Shown one piece after another: positions 25,760 through 37,321 of a stretch of 64,000 nucleotides of DNA. Source of the DNA: Squalus acanthias (Eukaryota); assembly GCA_030390025.1 (NCBI GenBank), contig CM059438.1:60390001-60454000 (forward strand), in the 5' to 3' direction. The first letter of the stretch is position 1. Every line of letters begins with the position of its first letter. The position numbers and the translations under genes were made by a program. The notes under the pieces are model-generated. The model had not been told where the DNA came from, searched no databases, and saw only the letters and a list, made by a program, of their open reading frames with translations.

Positions 25760-28113
25760 AATCATAGAATGGTTACAGCACAGAAGGAGGCTATTTGGCC
25801 TGTCGAGCCGGTGCTGGCTCTCTGCAAGAGCACTTCAGCTAGTCCCAATCCCCCGCCCTTTCCCCATAGCCCTGCAATTTTTTTCCCTTCAGGTACTTAT
25901 CCAATTCTCTTTTGAAAGCCATGATTGAATCTGCCTCCACCACCCTTTCAGGCAATGCATTCCAGATCTTAACCACTCGCTGCGTAAAAAAGTTTTTCCT
26001 CATGTCGCCTTTGGTTCTTCTGCCAATCACCTTAAATTTGTGTCCTCTGGTTCTTGACCCTTCCGCCTATGGGAACAGTTTCTCTCTATCTACTCTGTCT
26101 AGACCCATGATTTTGAACACCTCTATCAGGATCCCGGTTCATGTCACGCTACATGTAACCCCACTTGACGTAGAGTCATCCAGACTCGAGTCGTCGCTGG
26201 CTTGTTCTCTCTACACAGATGCGGCTGGACCTGCTGTGATTTCCAGCAAAAAAAGTAAAAAAAAATTGTTTTCCATACAGACTCCAGCATTTGCCACATT
26301 TGACCCCTTGTGACCCCACCTCATTGTCTTTGTTGTATTTTGCTATCGTCTTTGATGTAATGTTTTCCTGACTGACCTGTTTGGACACCATCCACACCTT
26401 TGATTGCTGTGATTATCTCTCTGCCGAGGTGTGATAAAGGGCAGTTAGAAAGATTAACTGTAGTCATCTGGCATTGTTCTCTGACTATATATGCTGTGCC
26501 TATATGCATCTCTTCACTTCACCTGACGAAGGAGCAGCGCTCCAAAAGCTTGTGATTTCAAATAAAGCTGTTGGACTATAACCTGGTGTTGTGCGACTTC
26601 TCACTTTTGTCCACCACGTCCAACACCGGCATCTCCACATCATGACTTCTATTTATGAAGCCCAGAATCCCGTATGCATTTTTAGTCGCTTTCTCAACCT
26701 GCCCTGGCACCTTCAACGATTTGTGCACATATACCCCCGGGTCTCTCTGTTCATGCACCCCCTTTAGAATTGTACCCTTTAGTTTATATTGCCTCTCCTC
26801 TTTCTTCCTACCAAAATGTATCACTTCGCACTTTTCTGCGTTAAATTTCATCTGCCACGTGTCCGCCCATTCCGCCAGCCTATCTATGTCCTCTTGAAGT
26901 CTATCTCTATCCTCCTCACTGTTCACTATACTTCCAAATTTTGTGTCATCTGCAAATTTTGAAATTGTGCCCTGTACACCCAAGTCTATGTCATTAATAT
27001 ACATCAAGAAATGCAGTGGTCCTAGTACCGACCGCTAGGGAACACCACTGTACACCTTCCTCCAGTCCGATAAACAACCGTTCACCACTACTCTCTGTTT
27101 CCTGTCACTTAGCCAATTTCGTATCCATGCTGCCACTGTCCCTTTTATTCCATGGACTTCAACTTTACTGGCAACCCTATTATGTGGCATTTTATCAAAC
27201 GCCTTTTGGAAGTCCATGTACACCACATCAACCGCATTGCCCTCATCAACCCTCTCTGTTACCTCATCAAAAAACTCAATCAAGTTAGTTAAACACGATT
27301 TGCCTTTAACAAATCTGTGCTGGCTTTCCTTAATTAATCCACACTTGTCCAAGTGACTGTTAATTTTGTCCCAGATTATCGTTTCGAAAAGCTTCCCCAC
27401 TACTGAGGTTAAACTAACTGGCCTGTAGTTGCTGGGTTTATCCTTACACCCTTTTTTGAACAATGGTGTAACATTTGCAATTCTCCAGTCCTCTGGCACC
27501 ACCCCCGTATCTAAGGAGGATTGGAATATTATGGCCAATACCGCTGCGATTTCCTCCTTAACCTCCCTCAGCATCCTAGGATGCATCCCATCCAGTCTGG
27601 TGACTTACCTACTTTAAGTACAGCAAGCCTTTTTAGTACCTCCTCTTTATCAATTTGTATCTCATCCAGTATCTCAACTACCTCCTCTTTAACTATGACT
27701 TTGGCAGCATCTTCTTCCTTGGTAAAGACAGATGCAAAGTATTAATTTAGTACCTCAGCCATGCCCTCTCCCTCCATGCGTAGGTCTCCATTTTGGTCCC
27801 TAATCAGCCCCACCCCTCCTCTTTCTACCCGCTTACTATTTATATGCCTATAGAAGACTTTTGGATTCCCTTTTATGTTAGCTGCCAATCTGTTCTTATA
27901 CTCTCTCTTTGCCCCTCTTATTTCCATTTTCACTTCCCCTCTGAACTTTCTATATTCAGCCTGGTTCTCACTTGTATTCTCAACCTGACATCTGTCATAC
28001 ACCCCTTTTTTCTGCTTCATCCTACTCGCTATCTCTTTCGTCATCCAGGGAGCTCTGGCTTTGGTTGCCCTACCTTTCCCCCACCTTTCCCCCTAGTGGG
28101 AATGTACTTCGAC
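25760..28113 (-). mobile_element. CR1 LINE (degenerate RT), nested in L2 and interrupted at about 26128-26643
   Basis: Peptides PEDWRIANVTPLFKKG, NYRPVSLTSVVGK, YMDFQKAFDK, SKFADDTK, FFTQRVV. CATAGAAT tail at 25763. Confidence 0.93.
26128..26643 (+). mobile_element. Penelope-type 3' terminal fragment carrying a hammerhead-like motif, with an internal mini-element at 26165-26308
   Basis: Starts with the ORF-end-like GGTTCATGTCACGCTACATGTAA. Contains CAC-CTGACGA-A-GGAGC AGC GCTCC-AAAA-GCTT-GTG at 26520-26554. Replaces CR1 sequence. Confidence 0.6.
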
Positions 28114-28609
28114 TGGAGAGGGGTGATGATGGCAGATTTGAAGGAGAGGGACCAAAGATCCTGAGGTAAGTTAATAGATGGCAGCAGGTAACCACAAAAA
28201 TGGCAGGTCCTAAGTAATAATCTTTTACAACACTGACAGTCCACCTCCATCTTGTCACTATGTGCAACAACATAGCAGGATTCAAGGTACTGAGGTACTG
28301 TGATAGGTACAAGGGGGCTCTAAGAGAGGCTCTAGATTCCTCTGACTAGGACAACAAGGACGACAGGCACTCTAAAACAGAGAGGGTTAGAACAGAAAGA
28401 ACAGGGTGGAGAGCTTGGTGCATACCAGCTGAGAACAAACAGGGTCCCAAGGATGAAACATGGCATCAGATGGCTAGAAAAACTTGCATTTATACAGCGT
28501 GCCTCACGTGAAGGAATAGTGCTTTACAATAAAAAGGAAAAAGATGTGGTGGACACCCAGAATGTGGAAATGAAAGGAGGCTGGAATAAGGAAACCAAAG
28601 GCACAGTGC

Positions 28610-28760
28610 AATTCTCTACTCTCTACCTAACAGCACTGTACGAGTACCTTCACCACAAGGACTGCAGCAGTTCAAGAAGACCCACCTTCTCAAGGGCAAC
28701 TAGGGATGGGCAATAAATGCCCTTGATAACAATGCCAATACCCCAAGAATAATACAAAAA
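28610..28760 (+). mobile_element. 3' end of the LINE family seen at 60410-62735
   Basis: CTAACAGCACTG...GGACTGCAGCAGTTCAAGAAG...AGGGATGGGCAATAAATGC matches 62588-62690. Confidence 0.75.
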
Positions 28761-29190
28761 AGTAGGTTTTTGAAAGCAGGGAGGGAGCTGGAAAAGAATT
28801 TCAGATAGCAAGGACATCGTAGCTGAACATATATCAGCCAATGGTGGAGCAGATAGAGTGGAAGGAGGAAGTCCAGTGTCAGAGGAGCAGAAGGTGCTTG
28901 TGGGTCATAAGGCAGGAGGAGATCACTAAGGTAGAGTGGGCAATGCCATGGGGAAATTTGGAAGCGAGGAAGAGATTTCTGATATTGACACGCTGGGGCA
29001 CAGGGAGCCAGTGGCGAGGACAGAGGCAATGGGAATGTGGGACTTGGTGCACACGAGGACAAGGGGCTGCGGTGTTGTGAATGAGTCGAAGCCCGTGGAA
29101 GGTTTGAAGCGACGAGGCCATACTAGGAGAGAGGCATGGATACGGTTTCGGCAGCAGAATGGGAGAGATGAGGTGGGAGCGAGTCATGTT
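28760..29190 (-). mobile_element. Old diverged L2 fragment
   Basis: Degenerate similarity to 24420-24920 (GTAGGTTTT...GGGACTTGGTGC...). Confidence 0.6.
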
Positions 29191-29404
29191 GAAAGAAAGA
29201 CTTGCATTTATTTAGCGCCTTTAACGACCACCAGACGTCCCAAAGCGCTTTACAGCCAACGAAGTACTTTTTGAAGTGTAGTCACTGTTGTAGGAAACGC
29301 GGCAGCCAATTTGCGCACAGCAAGCTCCTATAAACAGCAATGTGATAATGACCAGATAATCTGTTTTAGTCATATTGATTGAGGGATAAATATTGGCCAG
29401 GACA
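29191..29404 (-). mobile_element. SacSINE1/DeuSINE-like SINE 3' half
   Basis: GAAAGAAAGACTTGCATTTA tail plus shared body. Confidence 0.85.
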
Positions 29405-29597
29405 ATTGTGGAGATAGCAAACTTTGGAGTTAAAAACAGAGCAGACAGTTGGTAGCAGGACAGCATCCCAAGTAATCAAGGGACTAAATTCAGGGAAATG
29501 TGGAATTAAAAACAATCTTGGTAAGCAAAATGAGGCTATGTTAGTTGCATGATCCAAGGTGATATTTTAAATTATTCACTCATTTACCTGTAACTAC

Positions 29598-30650
29598 TGT
29601 GGTTGACACGGCCCTCGTCTGTGTCCGTTCCATTTCCCGCACTTCTGCTCTCACCCCTTCTCTCTCCCAGAACCACGATAGGGTTCCCCCTGTCCTCACC
29701 TATCACCCCACCAGCCTCCACATTCAACGGATCATCCTCCGCCATTTCCGCCACCTCCAGCATGATCCCACCACCAAACACATCTTCCCCTCCCCCCTCC
29801 TTTCAGCATTCCGAAGGGACCGCTCCCTCTGCGACACCCTGGTCCACTCCTCAATCACCCCCAACACCTCTTCCCCTTCCCACGGCACCTTCCCTTGCAA
29901 GCGCAGGAGATGCAGCACCTGCCCTTTTACCTCCTCCCTTCCCACTGTCCAGGGCCCCAAACACTCCTTCCAGGTGAAACAGCGATTTACTTGTACTTCT
30001 TGCAATTTAATATACTGTATTCGCTGCTCACGATGCGATCTCCTCTACATTGGGGAGACCAAACACCTCTGTTCAGTCCGTAAGCGTGACCCCGAGCTTC
30101 CGGTCACCTGTCACTTTAACTCTCCTCTCCACTCCACTCCCACTCTGACCTCGGCCTCTTACACTGTTCCAACGAAGCTCAATGTAAGCTCAAGGAACAG
30201 CACCTCATCTTTCAATTAGGCACTTTACAGCCTTCTGGACTCAACATCGAGTTCAACAATTTCAGACCATAACGTCTGCCCCTATTTTTTCAGATGGCAG
30301 CTGTTGATGATTCTGCCATTCCCAATGGCACCTCTTCTGGACTCATCTTTTGTTTCTTTACCTGTCCCATTACCATCTCCTTTTGCTTTGTATTATCATC
30401 TCTTTTGTCATTTAATCTCTCCTGCCTTCCATCCTATCACAGACCTTCCTTTTTGTTCTTTCCTCCCCTCCCCTGCATTTGTTTAAAATCTTTTACATCT
30501 CTAACTTTTTCCAGTTCTGATGAAAGGTCATCGACCTGAAACATTAACTCTGTTTCTCTCTCTACAGATGCTGCCTGACCTGCTGAGTATTTCCAGCATT
30601 TTCTGTTTTTATTGCGGATTTCCAGCATCCGCAGTATTTTGCTTTTGTAT
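29598..30650 (+). mobile_element. Penelope-like element, 5'-truncated upstream copy (pseudo-LTR) with GIY-YIG region and 3' UTR
   Basis: Direct repeat of 34997-35770 plus 37131-37392. Peptide RVPPVLTYHP...CNLIYCIRCSRCDLLYIGETK (GIY-YIG nuclease). Confidence 0.88.
30513..30549 (+). ncRNA. Minimal type I hammerhead ribozyme motif of the Penelope pseudo-LTR
   Basis: AGTT-CTGATGA-A-AGGTC ATC GACCT-GAAA-CATT-AACT: intact CUGAUGA and GAAA boxes, 5-bp stem II, stem I AGTT/AACT. Stem III is CAT rather than the palindromic CGT. Confidence 0.75.
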
Positions 30651-32432
30651 TAGTGTTTAATTCACAGACACTTCTCTTTTAGGAATGCCCACCTTGAAGA
30701 AGTTCTGCTCTTCTCTCCAACAGGTTTTCCGTTTGTCTCTTGTACCTTGTTCATCTTCATTGCTTTCTATTTCCCTTCTCGTGTTTGATCAGGTATCTAC
30801 CAAAACTCGCTTTCACAGCCACATCTCTTTCCTCAGCAACTGTCTCGGACATATTCCACACGGATTCCAACTGAAATTCCACCCTTCGTGTTTTGGATCC
30901 ATCCAGGATTACAGATATCTCCAAGATATTCAGCATCCCTCGAACCACTGCTCTCGCCGCATCCTGAGATCCACGCTCAATGCCATCACATGCACGCTCT
31001 CGACCTCTCTCTTCAGCAGCACCGACTCACTCTATCTCAAAGCTGTCCTGGTCCGTAGTTCCATTTCATCCCTCGCCTCATCCGGCGCTTTAACAAATAA
31101 CTTTTTTTCTTCCTTTCAGGTGTCAATGATCACAAGCTTCAACAACTCTTGGACACTAACGCCCCTCCGGAAACCTTCTTCCCCTTCACTTTCCTCTGAC
31201 CCCATCCCTTCTTCCAATCTCACCCCCTGCTGTGTTTTCACCATCCCCTCTGACCTTCCCCTCTCTGACCCCGAACGATCAGTCCTCAGCAAAGGCCTGA
31301 GCTTCATCCCCTTACGCCCCCATCTCAATGAATTTCGAGCTCGGCACAATGCTGAGCTCTTTTTCCGTCGCCTTCGTCTCCGTGCCCACTTCTTTGGCCA
31401 GGAGTCTTCCCCCCGCACAGCTGACCCTTTCTCCCGTTTTCAGAATTCTTGTTCTACCTGGACCCCTCCCTCTGGCTTCTTACCCTCTCTAGATCTTTTC
31501 ATTGCAAACTGTCGGCGTGACATCGGCCGTCTCAATTTCTCTGCTTCCCTCACTCACTCCAACCTACCTCCTTCTGAACTTGCACCACTCCGTTCTCTCA
31601 GGTTCAACCTCAACATTGTCAATAAACCTGCTGACAAGGGTGGCGCTGTTGTTTGGCGAACCGACCTCTACCTTGCGGAGGCTGAACGGCAACTCCCTGA
31701 CACCTCCTCCTACCTCCCCCTGGACCATGAACCCCACTACCAAACATCAAGCCATCATTTCCAAGACAGTCACTGACCTCATCTCCTCTGGAGATCTTCC
31801 CTCCATGGCTGCCAACCTCATAGTCCCTTAACCTTGCACAGCCCACTTCTACCTCCTTCCCAAGATCCACAAACAGGACTGCCCTGGTAGACCCATCGTT
31901 TCAGCCTGTCCTTGCCCCACGGAACTGATTTCTTCCTATCTCGACTCTTATTTTTTCTCCCCTTGTCCAAACTCTTCCCACCTATATCCGCGACTCTTCC
32001 GACGCCCTCCACCACCTTAACAGTTTCCAGTTTCCTGGCCCCAACCGTCTCCTTTTCACTATGGACGTCCAATCCCTCTACATCTCCATCCCCCACCAGG
32101 ATGGCCTGAGGGCGCTGCGCTTCTTCCTTGAACATTGGCCCATCCAGTCCCCATCCACCACCACCCTCCTCCGCCTGACTGAACTTGTTCTCACATTGAA
32201 CAACTTCTCACTTCCTCCAAAGGTGGATTTGGGAACCTGCAGGTGTCCTAGCTATGCCTGGCTTTTCATGGGATATGTGGAACATTCTTTGTTCCAGTCC
32301 TAATCAGGTCCCCTCCCTCACCTCTTTTTTCCGGTACACTGATGACTGTATCGGTGCCATTTCCTGCTCTCGCACTGAACTAGAAAATTTCATTCACTTT
32401 GCTTTAAATTTCCACCCTTCCCTCACCTGGTC

Positions 32433-34737
32433 AGAGCGATCATAACATGATCGATTTCTCACTCGAAATGGAGAGCGAAGAAATTGACTCAGAGACTCAG
32501 GTCCTGAATTTAAACAAGGGGAATTATGATGCCATTAGACGGGAACTGAGTAGGTCTGATTGGACAACGTTCCTGGGAGGACTGGAGGTAGATAAACAAT
32601 GGCAAGCATTTAAAGATAGAATGACAAAATTGCAAAAATTGTTTATACCAATCTGGCATAAAAGGAAATCTAAAAAGGTGACTCAACCGTGGATAACAGG
32701 GGAAATTAGAGACAGCATAAAATCCAAAGATAGGGCGTATAAAATAGCCAAAAAACGCGCCAGAGCGGAAGATTGGGAACAGTTTAAGATAGAGCAAAGG
32801 AGGGCAAAGGGCTTAATCAAGAAGGGCAAAATAGCTTACGAAAGCAAGCTGGCGGAAAATATAAAAACTAACTCCAAAAGCTTTTATAAGTATATCAAGA
32901 GGAAAAGACTGGTGAAAACCAAAGTTGGTCCATTGCAGTCAGATACGGGGGAATATATAATGGGAAATAAGGAAATGGCAGACCAACTAAATGCATACTT
33001 TGGGTCAGTCTTTACGAAGGAAGACACAAAAAACCTCCCTGGGATATCGGGAAAAATAGGGACATTGGCAAAGGAGGAACTGACGCAAATCAATATCTCT
33101 AAGGATATGGTGTTAAGGAAGCTAAAGGGATTGAAGGCGGACAAATCCCCAGGGCCTGATAACATGCATCCTAGGGTACTGAAGGAGGTGGCCCTAGAGA
33201 TAGCGGATGCACTAAGCATGATTTTTCAGAATTCATTAGACTCGGGAACAGTGCCCATGGATTGGAGGGTAGCTAACGTTACCCCACTATTCAAAAAGGG
33301 GGGTAGGGAAAAAGCAGGTAATTACAGACCTGTAAGCCTTACATCAGTTGTGGGCAAAATGCTGGAGTCCATCATTAAGGATGAAATAGCCGAGCACTTA
33401 GCAAATGGGGACAGGATAGGACAGAGTCAACATGGATTTACAAAGGGTAAATCGTGCTTGACTAATCTATTGGAATTTTTTGAGGGAGTAACTGGTAAAA
33501 TAGATGGGGGAGAGCCAGTAGATGTGGTGTACCTGGACTTCCAAAAGGCCTTCGATAAGGTCCCACATAAAAGATTAGCATGGAAAATTGAAGCTCATGG
33601 GATAAAGGGGAAAGTATTGACGTGGATAGAGAACTGGCTGTCAGATAGAAAACAGAGAGTTGGAATAAACGGCTCATTTTCTGAATGGCAGGCAGTAACA
33701 AGTGGGGTACCACAGGGATCTGTCCTGGGTCCCCAGCTGTTCACAATTTATATTAATGACCTGGATCAGGGAGTCGAATGCAGCATTTCCAAATTTGCAG
33801 ACGACACTAAACTAGGAGGGGGGGTGGGCTCAGAGGAGGAGACCAGGAAGCTCCAGAGCGATTTGGACAGACTGGGTGATTGGGCGGATAAATGGCAGAT
33901 GCACTATAATGTGGACAAGTGCGAAGTTATCCACCTTGGGTGCAGGAACGGGAGGGCAAATTATTATTTAAATGGCAATAAATTGGGAGAGGGGGAAGTA
34001 CAGAGAGACCTGGGTGTTCTTGTACACCAGTCACTGAAGGCGAGCATGCAGGTGCAACAGGCGGTCAAGAAGGCAAACGGTATGCTGGCCTTCATAGCAA
34101 AAGGGTTGGAATACAGGAACAGGGATACCTTGCTGCAGCTGTACAGGGCACTGGTGAGACCACACCTCGAGTACTGTGTACAGTTTTGGTCGCCTCATCT
34201 GAGGAAAGATGTTCTTGCCATGGAGGGGGTGCAGCGGCGATTCACCAGGCTGATACCAGGAATGGCGGGATTGACCTATGAGGAGAGACTATGTAGTTTA
34301 GGGATGTACACACTGGAGTTTAGAAGATTGAGAGGGGACCTCATAGAAGTGTATAAAATTCTGACAGGTCTAGACAGATTAGATGCAGAAGGAATGTTTC
34401 CCTTGGCGGGTGAGAACAGAACTAGAGGACATAATTTAAGGATAAGGGCTAAACCATTTAGGACAGAAATGAGGGGGAATTTCTTCACTCAGAGAGTGGT
34501 GAACCTGTGGAACTCATTGCCACAGAGGGCAGTGTACGCCAGCTCATTAAATATATTTAAGAGGGAATTAGATATATTTCTACAGGCAAAAGGGGTTAAG
34601 GGTTACGGAGAGAAGGCGGGGACGGGATACTGAATTGAAGGATCAGCCATGATCTCATTAAATGGCGGAGCAGGCTCGAAGGGCCGGATGGCCTACTCCT
34701 GCTCCTATCTTCTATGTATCTATGTATCTATGTATCT
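32433..34737 (+). mobile_element. Young 5'-truncated CR1 LINE with complete 3' UTR and (TATCTATG)n tail
   Basis: Contains the uninterrupted 728-aa ORF. 3' UTR GATCAGCCATGATC...GGCCTACTCCTGCTCC. Octamer tail at 34709-34737. Confidence 0.96.
32447..34633 (+). CDS. CR1 ORF2 reverse transcriptase (N-terminally truncated; lacks most of the APE endonuclease)
   Basis: 728 aa with no stops. Motifs KSPGPD, NYRPVSLTS, QHGF, YLDFQKAFDKV, GVPQGSVLGP, FADD, RPHLEYC. Confidence 0.93.
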   Translation: MIDFSLEMESEEIDSETQVLNLNKGNYDAIRRELSRSDWTTFLGGLEVDKQWQAFKDRMTKLQKLFIPIWHKRKSKKVTQPWITGEIRDSIKSKDRAYKIAKKRARAEDWEQFKIEQRRAKGLIKKGKIAYESKLAENIKTNSKSFYKYIKRKRLVKTKVGPLQSDTGEYIMGNKEMADQLNAYFGSVFTKEDTKNLPGISGKIGTLAKEELTQINISKDMVLRKLKGLKADKSPGPDNMHPRVLKEVALEIADALSMIFQNSLDSGTVPMDWRVANVTPLFKKGGREKAGNYRPVSLTSVVGKMLESIIKDEIAEHLANGDRIGQSQHGFTKGKSCLTNLLEFFEGVTGKIDGGEPVDVVYLDFQKAFDKVPHKRLAWKIEAHGIKGKVLTWIENWLSDRKQRVGINGSFSEWQAVTSGVPQGSVLGPQLFTIYINDLDQGVECSISKFADDTKLGGGVGSEEETRKLQSDLDRLGDWADKWQMHYNVDKCEVIHLGCRNGRANYYLNGNKLGEGEVQRDLGVLVHQSLKASMQVQQAVKKANGMLAFIAKGLEYRNRDTLLQLYRALVRPHLEYCVQFWSPHLRKDVLAMEGVQRRFTRLIPGMAGLTYEERLCSLGMYTLEFRRLRGDLIEVYKILTGLDRLDAEGMFPLAGENRTRGHNLRIRAKPFRTEMRGNFFTQRVVNLWNSLPQRAVYASSLNIFKRELDIFLQAKGVKGYGEKAGTGY

Positions 34738-35770
34738 CTGACTCTTCCCTCCCTTTCCCTTCCTCGACTTCTCTGTCACCATTTCTGGGGATAGGCTATT
34801 GACAAACATCCACTATAAGCCCATTGTTTCCCACAGCTACCTGAACTACACTTCCTCCCACCCCGCTCCCTGTAAGGACTCTATTCCATTCTCCCAGTTT
34901 CTCCGCCACCACCACATCTATTCTGACGATGCCACCTTCCATACTAGTGCTTCCGATATGCCTTCCTTTTTCTTCAACCGAGGATTTCCCTCTACCGTGG
35001 TTGACATGGCCCTCGACCATGTCCGTTACATTTCCCGCACTTGTGCTCTCGCCCCTTCCCCTCCCTCTCAGAACCACGATAGGGTTCCCCTTGTCCTCAC
35101 CTTTCACCCCACCAGCCTCCACATTCAACAGATCATCCTCCGCCATTTCCGCCACCTCCAGCGTGATCCCACCACCAAACACATCTTCCCCTCCCCTTTC
35201 AGCATTCCGAAGGGACCGCTCCTTCCGCCACATCCTGGTCCACTCCTCAATCACTCCCAACACCCCTTCCCCTTCCCACGGCACCTTCCCTTGCAAGCGC
35301 AGGAGATGTAACACCTTCCCTTTTACCTCCTCCCTTCCCACTGTCCAGGGCCCCAAACATTCCTTCCAGGTGAAACAGTGATTTACTTGTACTTCTTGCA
35401 ATTTAGTATACTGTATTCGCTGCTCACGATGCGGTCTCCTCTACATTGGGGAGACCAAACGCAGATTGGGTGATCACTTTGCGGAACATCTCTGTTCAGT
35501 CCATAAGGGTGACCCCAAGCTTCCGGTCGCCTGTCACTTTGATTCTCCGCTCCACTCCCACTCTGATCTCTCTGCCCTCGGCCTCTTACACTGTTCCAAC
35601 GAAGTTCAACGTAAGCTCGAGGAAAAGCAGCTCATCTTTCAATTAGGCACTTTACAGCCTTCTGGACTCAACATTGAGTTCAACAATTTCAGACCAGAAC
35701 CTCTGCCCCTATTTTTCAGATGGCAGCTGTTGATGATTCTGCCATTCCCATGTACACCTCCTTTAGGACA

Positions 35771-37130
35771 GTTCTGAGTCTCCCGCTTAGGGAGGGCGGT
35801 CAGGCACTGATGTGCCTTCGCACCCAGGTTGCGACTTTCCGTCTTCGGACCCTGCAGAGATACCTGTACGTCGAGGATCCTCCCAGATGGTGTGCGCTGG
35901 CGACGTATTTCTGCCAGCTGCACGGCCTCAATTATGACACGCAACTCCTGTTTGTAAAACTGGGGGGTACCCATGCCTGCTTGCGGGAGCTGCCTGTCTT
36001 CTACCAGGAACTGCTATGGGTCTGGAACAAGGTCGCCTGCAGATGGAGTTCTCCCCCCCGTCAGGAGTGGTGGCTGTCTTTCGGGAGCCGCTGCTCAGGA
36101 ATCCGCACCTCCACGAACGCGGGTTCATGTGGCTGGCGGAGGGCAGGGCTGTGTCTGGCAAGGTGACCAGAGTCGGGGACCTACTCGATGGCGGAGGAGC
36201 GGGCTGGATGGCGCTGGAGGAGCTGGCGCAGCGCCTGTCCTGGGCCAACGTCCGGCTCGCGGCCAAAGCCATCAAGTCGCTGAAAGTGGCACTGGGCCCT
36301 GACTCCACTAGGTGTATTGAGGAGGCTCAAGCACGTGGGGCGATGAATTCCTCATCGGCACCCGGCCCCGAAACCCTTCTCGGGAACCGACGCCTCACAA
36401 CTTGAGCCGTCTTGGGGAAATGCCCTCCGTGCCTTTTCATTCTGCACGGAGGGGTTTCCTGTACGGGCTGCTCCTGCACACCCTCCACTCTGTCATCCTC
36501 GTCTGCCGTCCGGACACACCTTGGCGCACCATCTTGCCGTCTGGCAGAGGCAGGGGTCCCCAATGGAGGGCTCTCTACGCGGGAGTCCTCCCTTTATCTA
36601 TTGGGGACTTGGCCTGGAGGGTGTTGCACGGAACAGTTCCGTGCAATAAAGTTTTAAGTAGGTTCATGGACTCCCAGGCTGCCTGCCTTTTCTGCGGCCT
36701 GGAGGAGTCCGTGTTCCATGTATATATAGAATGTGAGAGGATGTAGCCTCTCTTCCACTATTTGAAGGGGCTGTTCCTCAATTTCTGGCTGCACTTCAGT
36801 CCCACACCCCTGATCTTTGGTCACCCGATGCGGAGGGGAAAGGGCAGATCAGGGGTCCTCCTCAAAGGATTGGTCCAGGCAGCGGGCGGTCGAGGGGGTC
36901 GCTCGGCTCGACTGCCTACCTCTCTTCTGCGGCCATGTTTGCGCCCGGGTGGCCCTGTAGATGGAACACGCGGTGTCCGCCGGCACGCTCAAGGCCTTCC
37001 GCAACCGGTGTGCACCACAGGGACTGGAGTGCATCATCACCCCCGGCGATGGGATTTTAATTTAATTTGTTAAGTTTCATTTAATGTATTTTTGTTAATT
37101 TACAGTTTATTTGTTCGTACCCAAAAGAGT
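35771..37130 (+). mobile_element. Tx1-clade (L1 group) LINE 3' fragment with CCHC zinc finger and T-rich 3' UTR
   Basis: Peptides SLPLREGGQALMCLRTQVATFRLRTLQRYLY (resembles recalled Xenopus Tx1 ORF2) and DLAWRVLHG...CLFCGLEESVFHVYIEC. GC-rich, frameshifted. Confidence 0.85.
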
Positions 37131-37284
37131 ACATCTTTTGTTTATCTGTCCCATTACCTTTTGCTTTTGTCATTTAATCTCTCCTGCCTTCCACCCTATC
37201 AGCTTCTCTTTTATTCTTTCCTCCCCTCCCCCATTTCCCTGCCTTTGTAATTGCTTCAAACCTGTTACATCTCTAACTTTTTCC

Positions 37285-37321
37285 AGTTCTGGCGAAAGGT
37301 CATCGACCTGAAATGTTAACT
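37285..37321 (+). ncRNA. Degenerate hammerhead ribozyme motif at the Penelope 3' end
   Basis: AGTT-CTGGCGA-A-AGGTC ATC GACCT-GAAA-TGTT-AACT, homologous to 30513-30549. Core A6 is changed to G. Confidence 0.6.

Larger units (their letters stand above)
24278..28165 (-). mobile_element. L2 LINE (RT and 3' region, frameshifted), split by a CR1 insertion: L2 parts at 24278-25759 and about 28116-28165
   Basis: (CAA)n tail at 24278. ORF-track peptides SAAFDMVDHSVLL and FVTSRLDYSNALL. L2 resumes after the CR1 with FKSAIITPL (28116-28150). Confidence 0.9.

Noticed and set aside
30685..31776. 363-aa ORF as a host gene or active element
   Set aside because: It is the N-terminal part of the Penelope ORF. 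Downstream frameshifts, a stop, YTDD and two insertions make this copy defective.
32447..34633. 728-aa RT as a domesticated gene or autonomous LINE
   Set aside because: 5'-truncated within the endonuclease domain, no ORF1 or promoter, retains the LINE tail. Intactness is explained by recent insertion.
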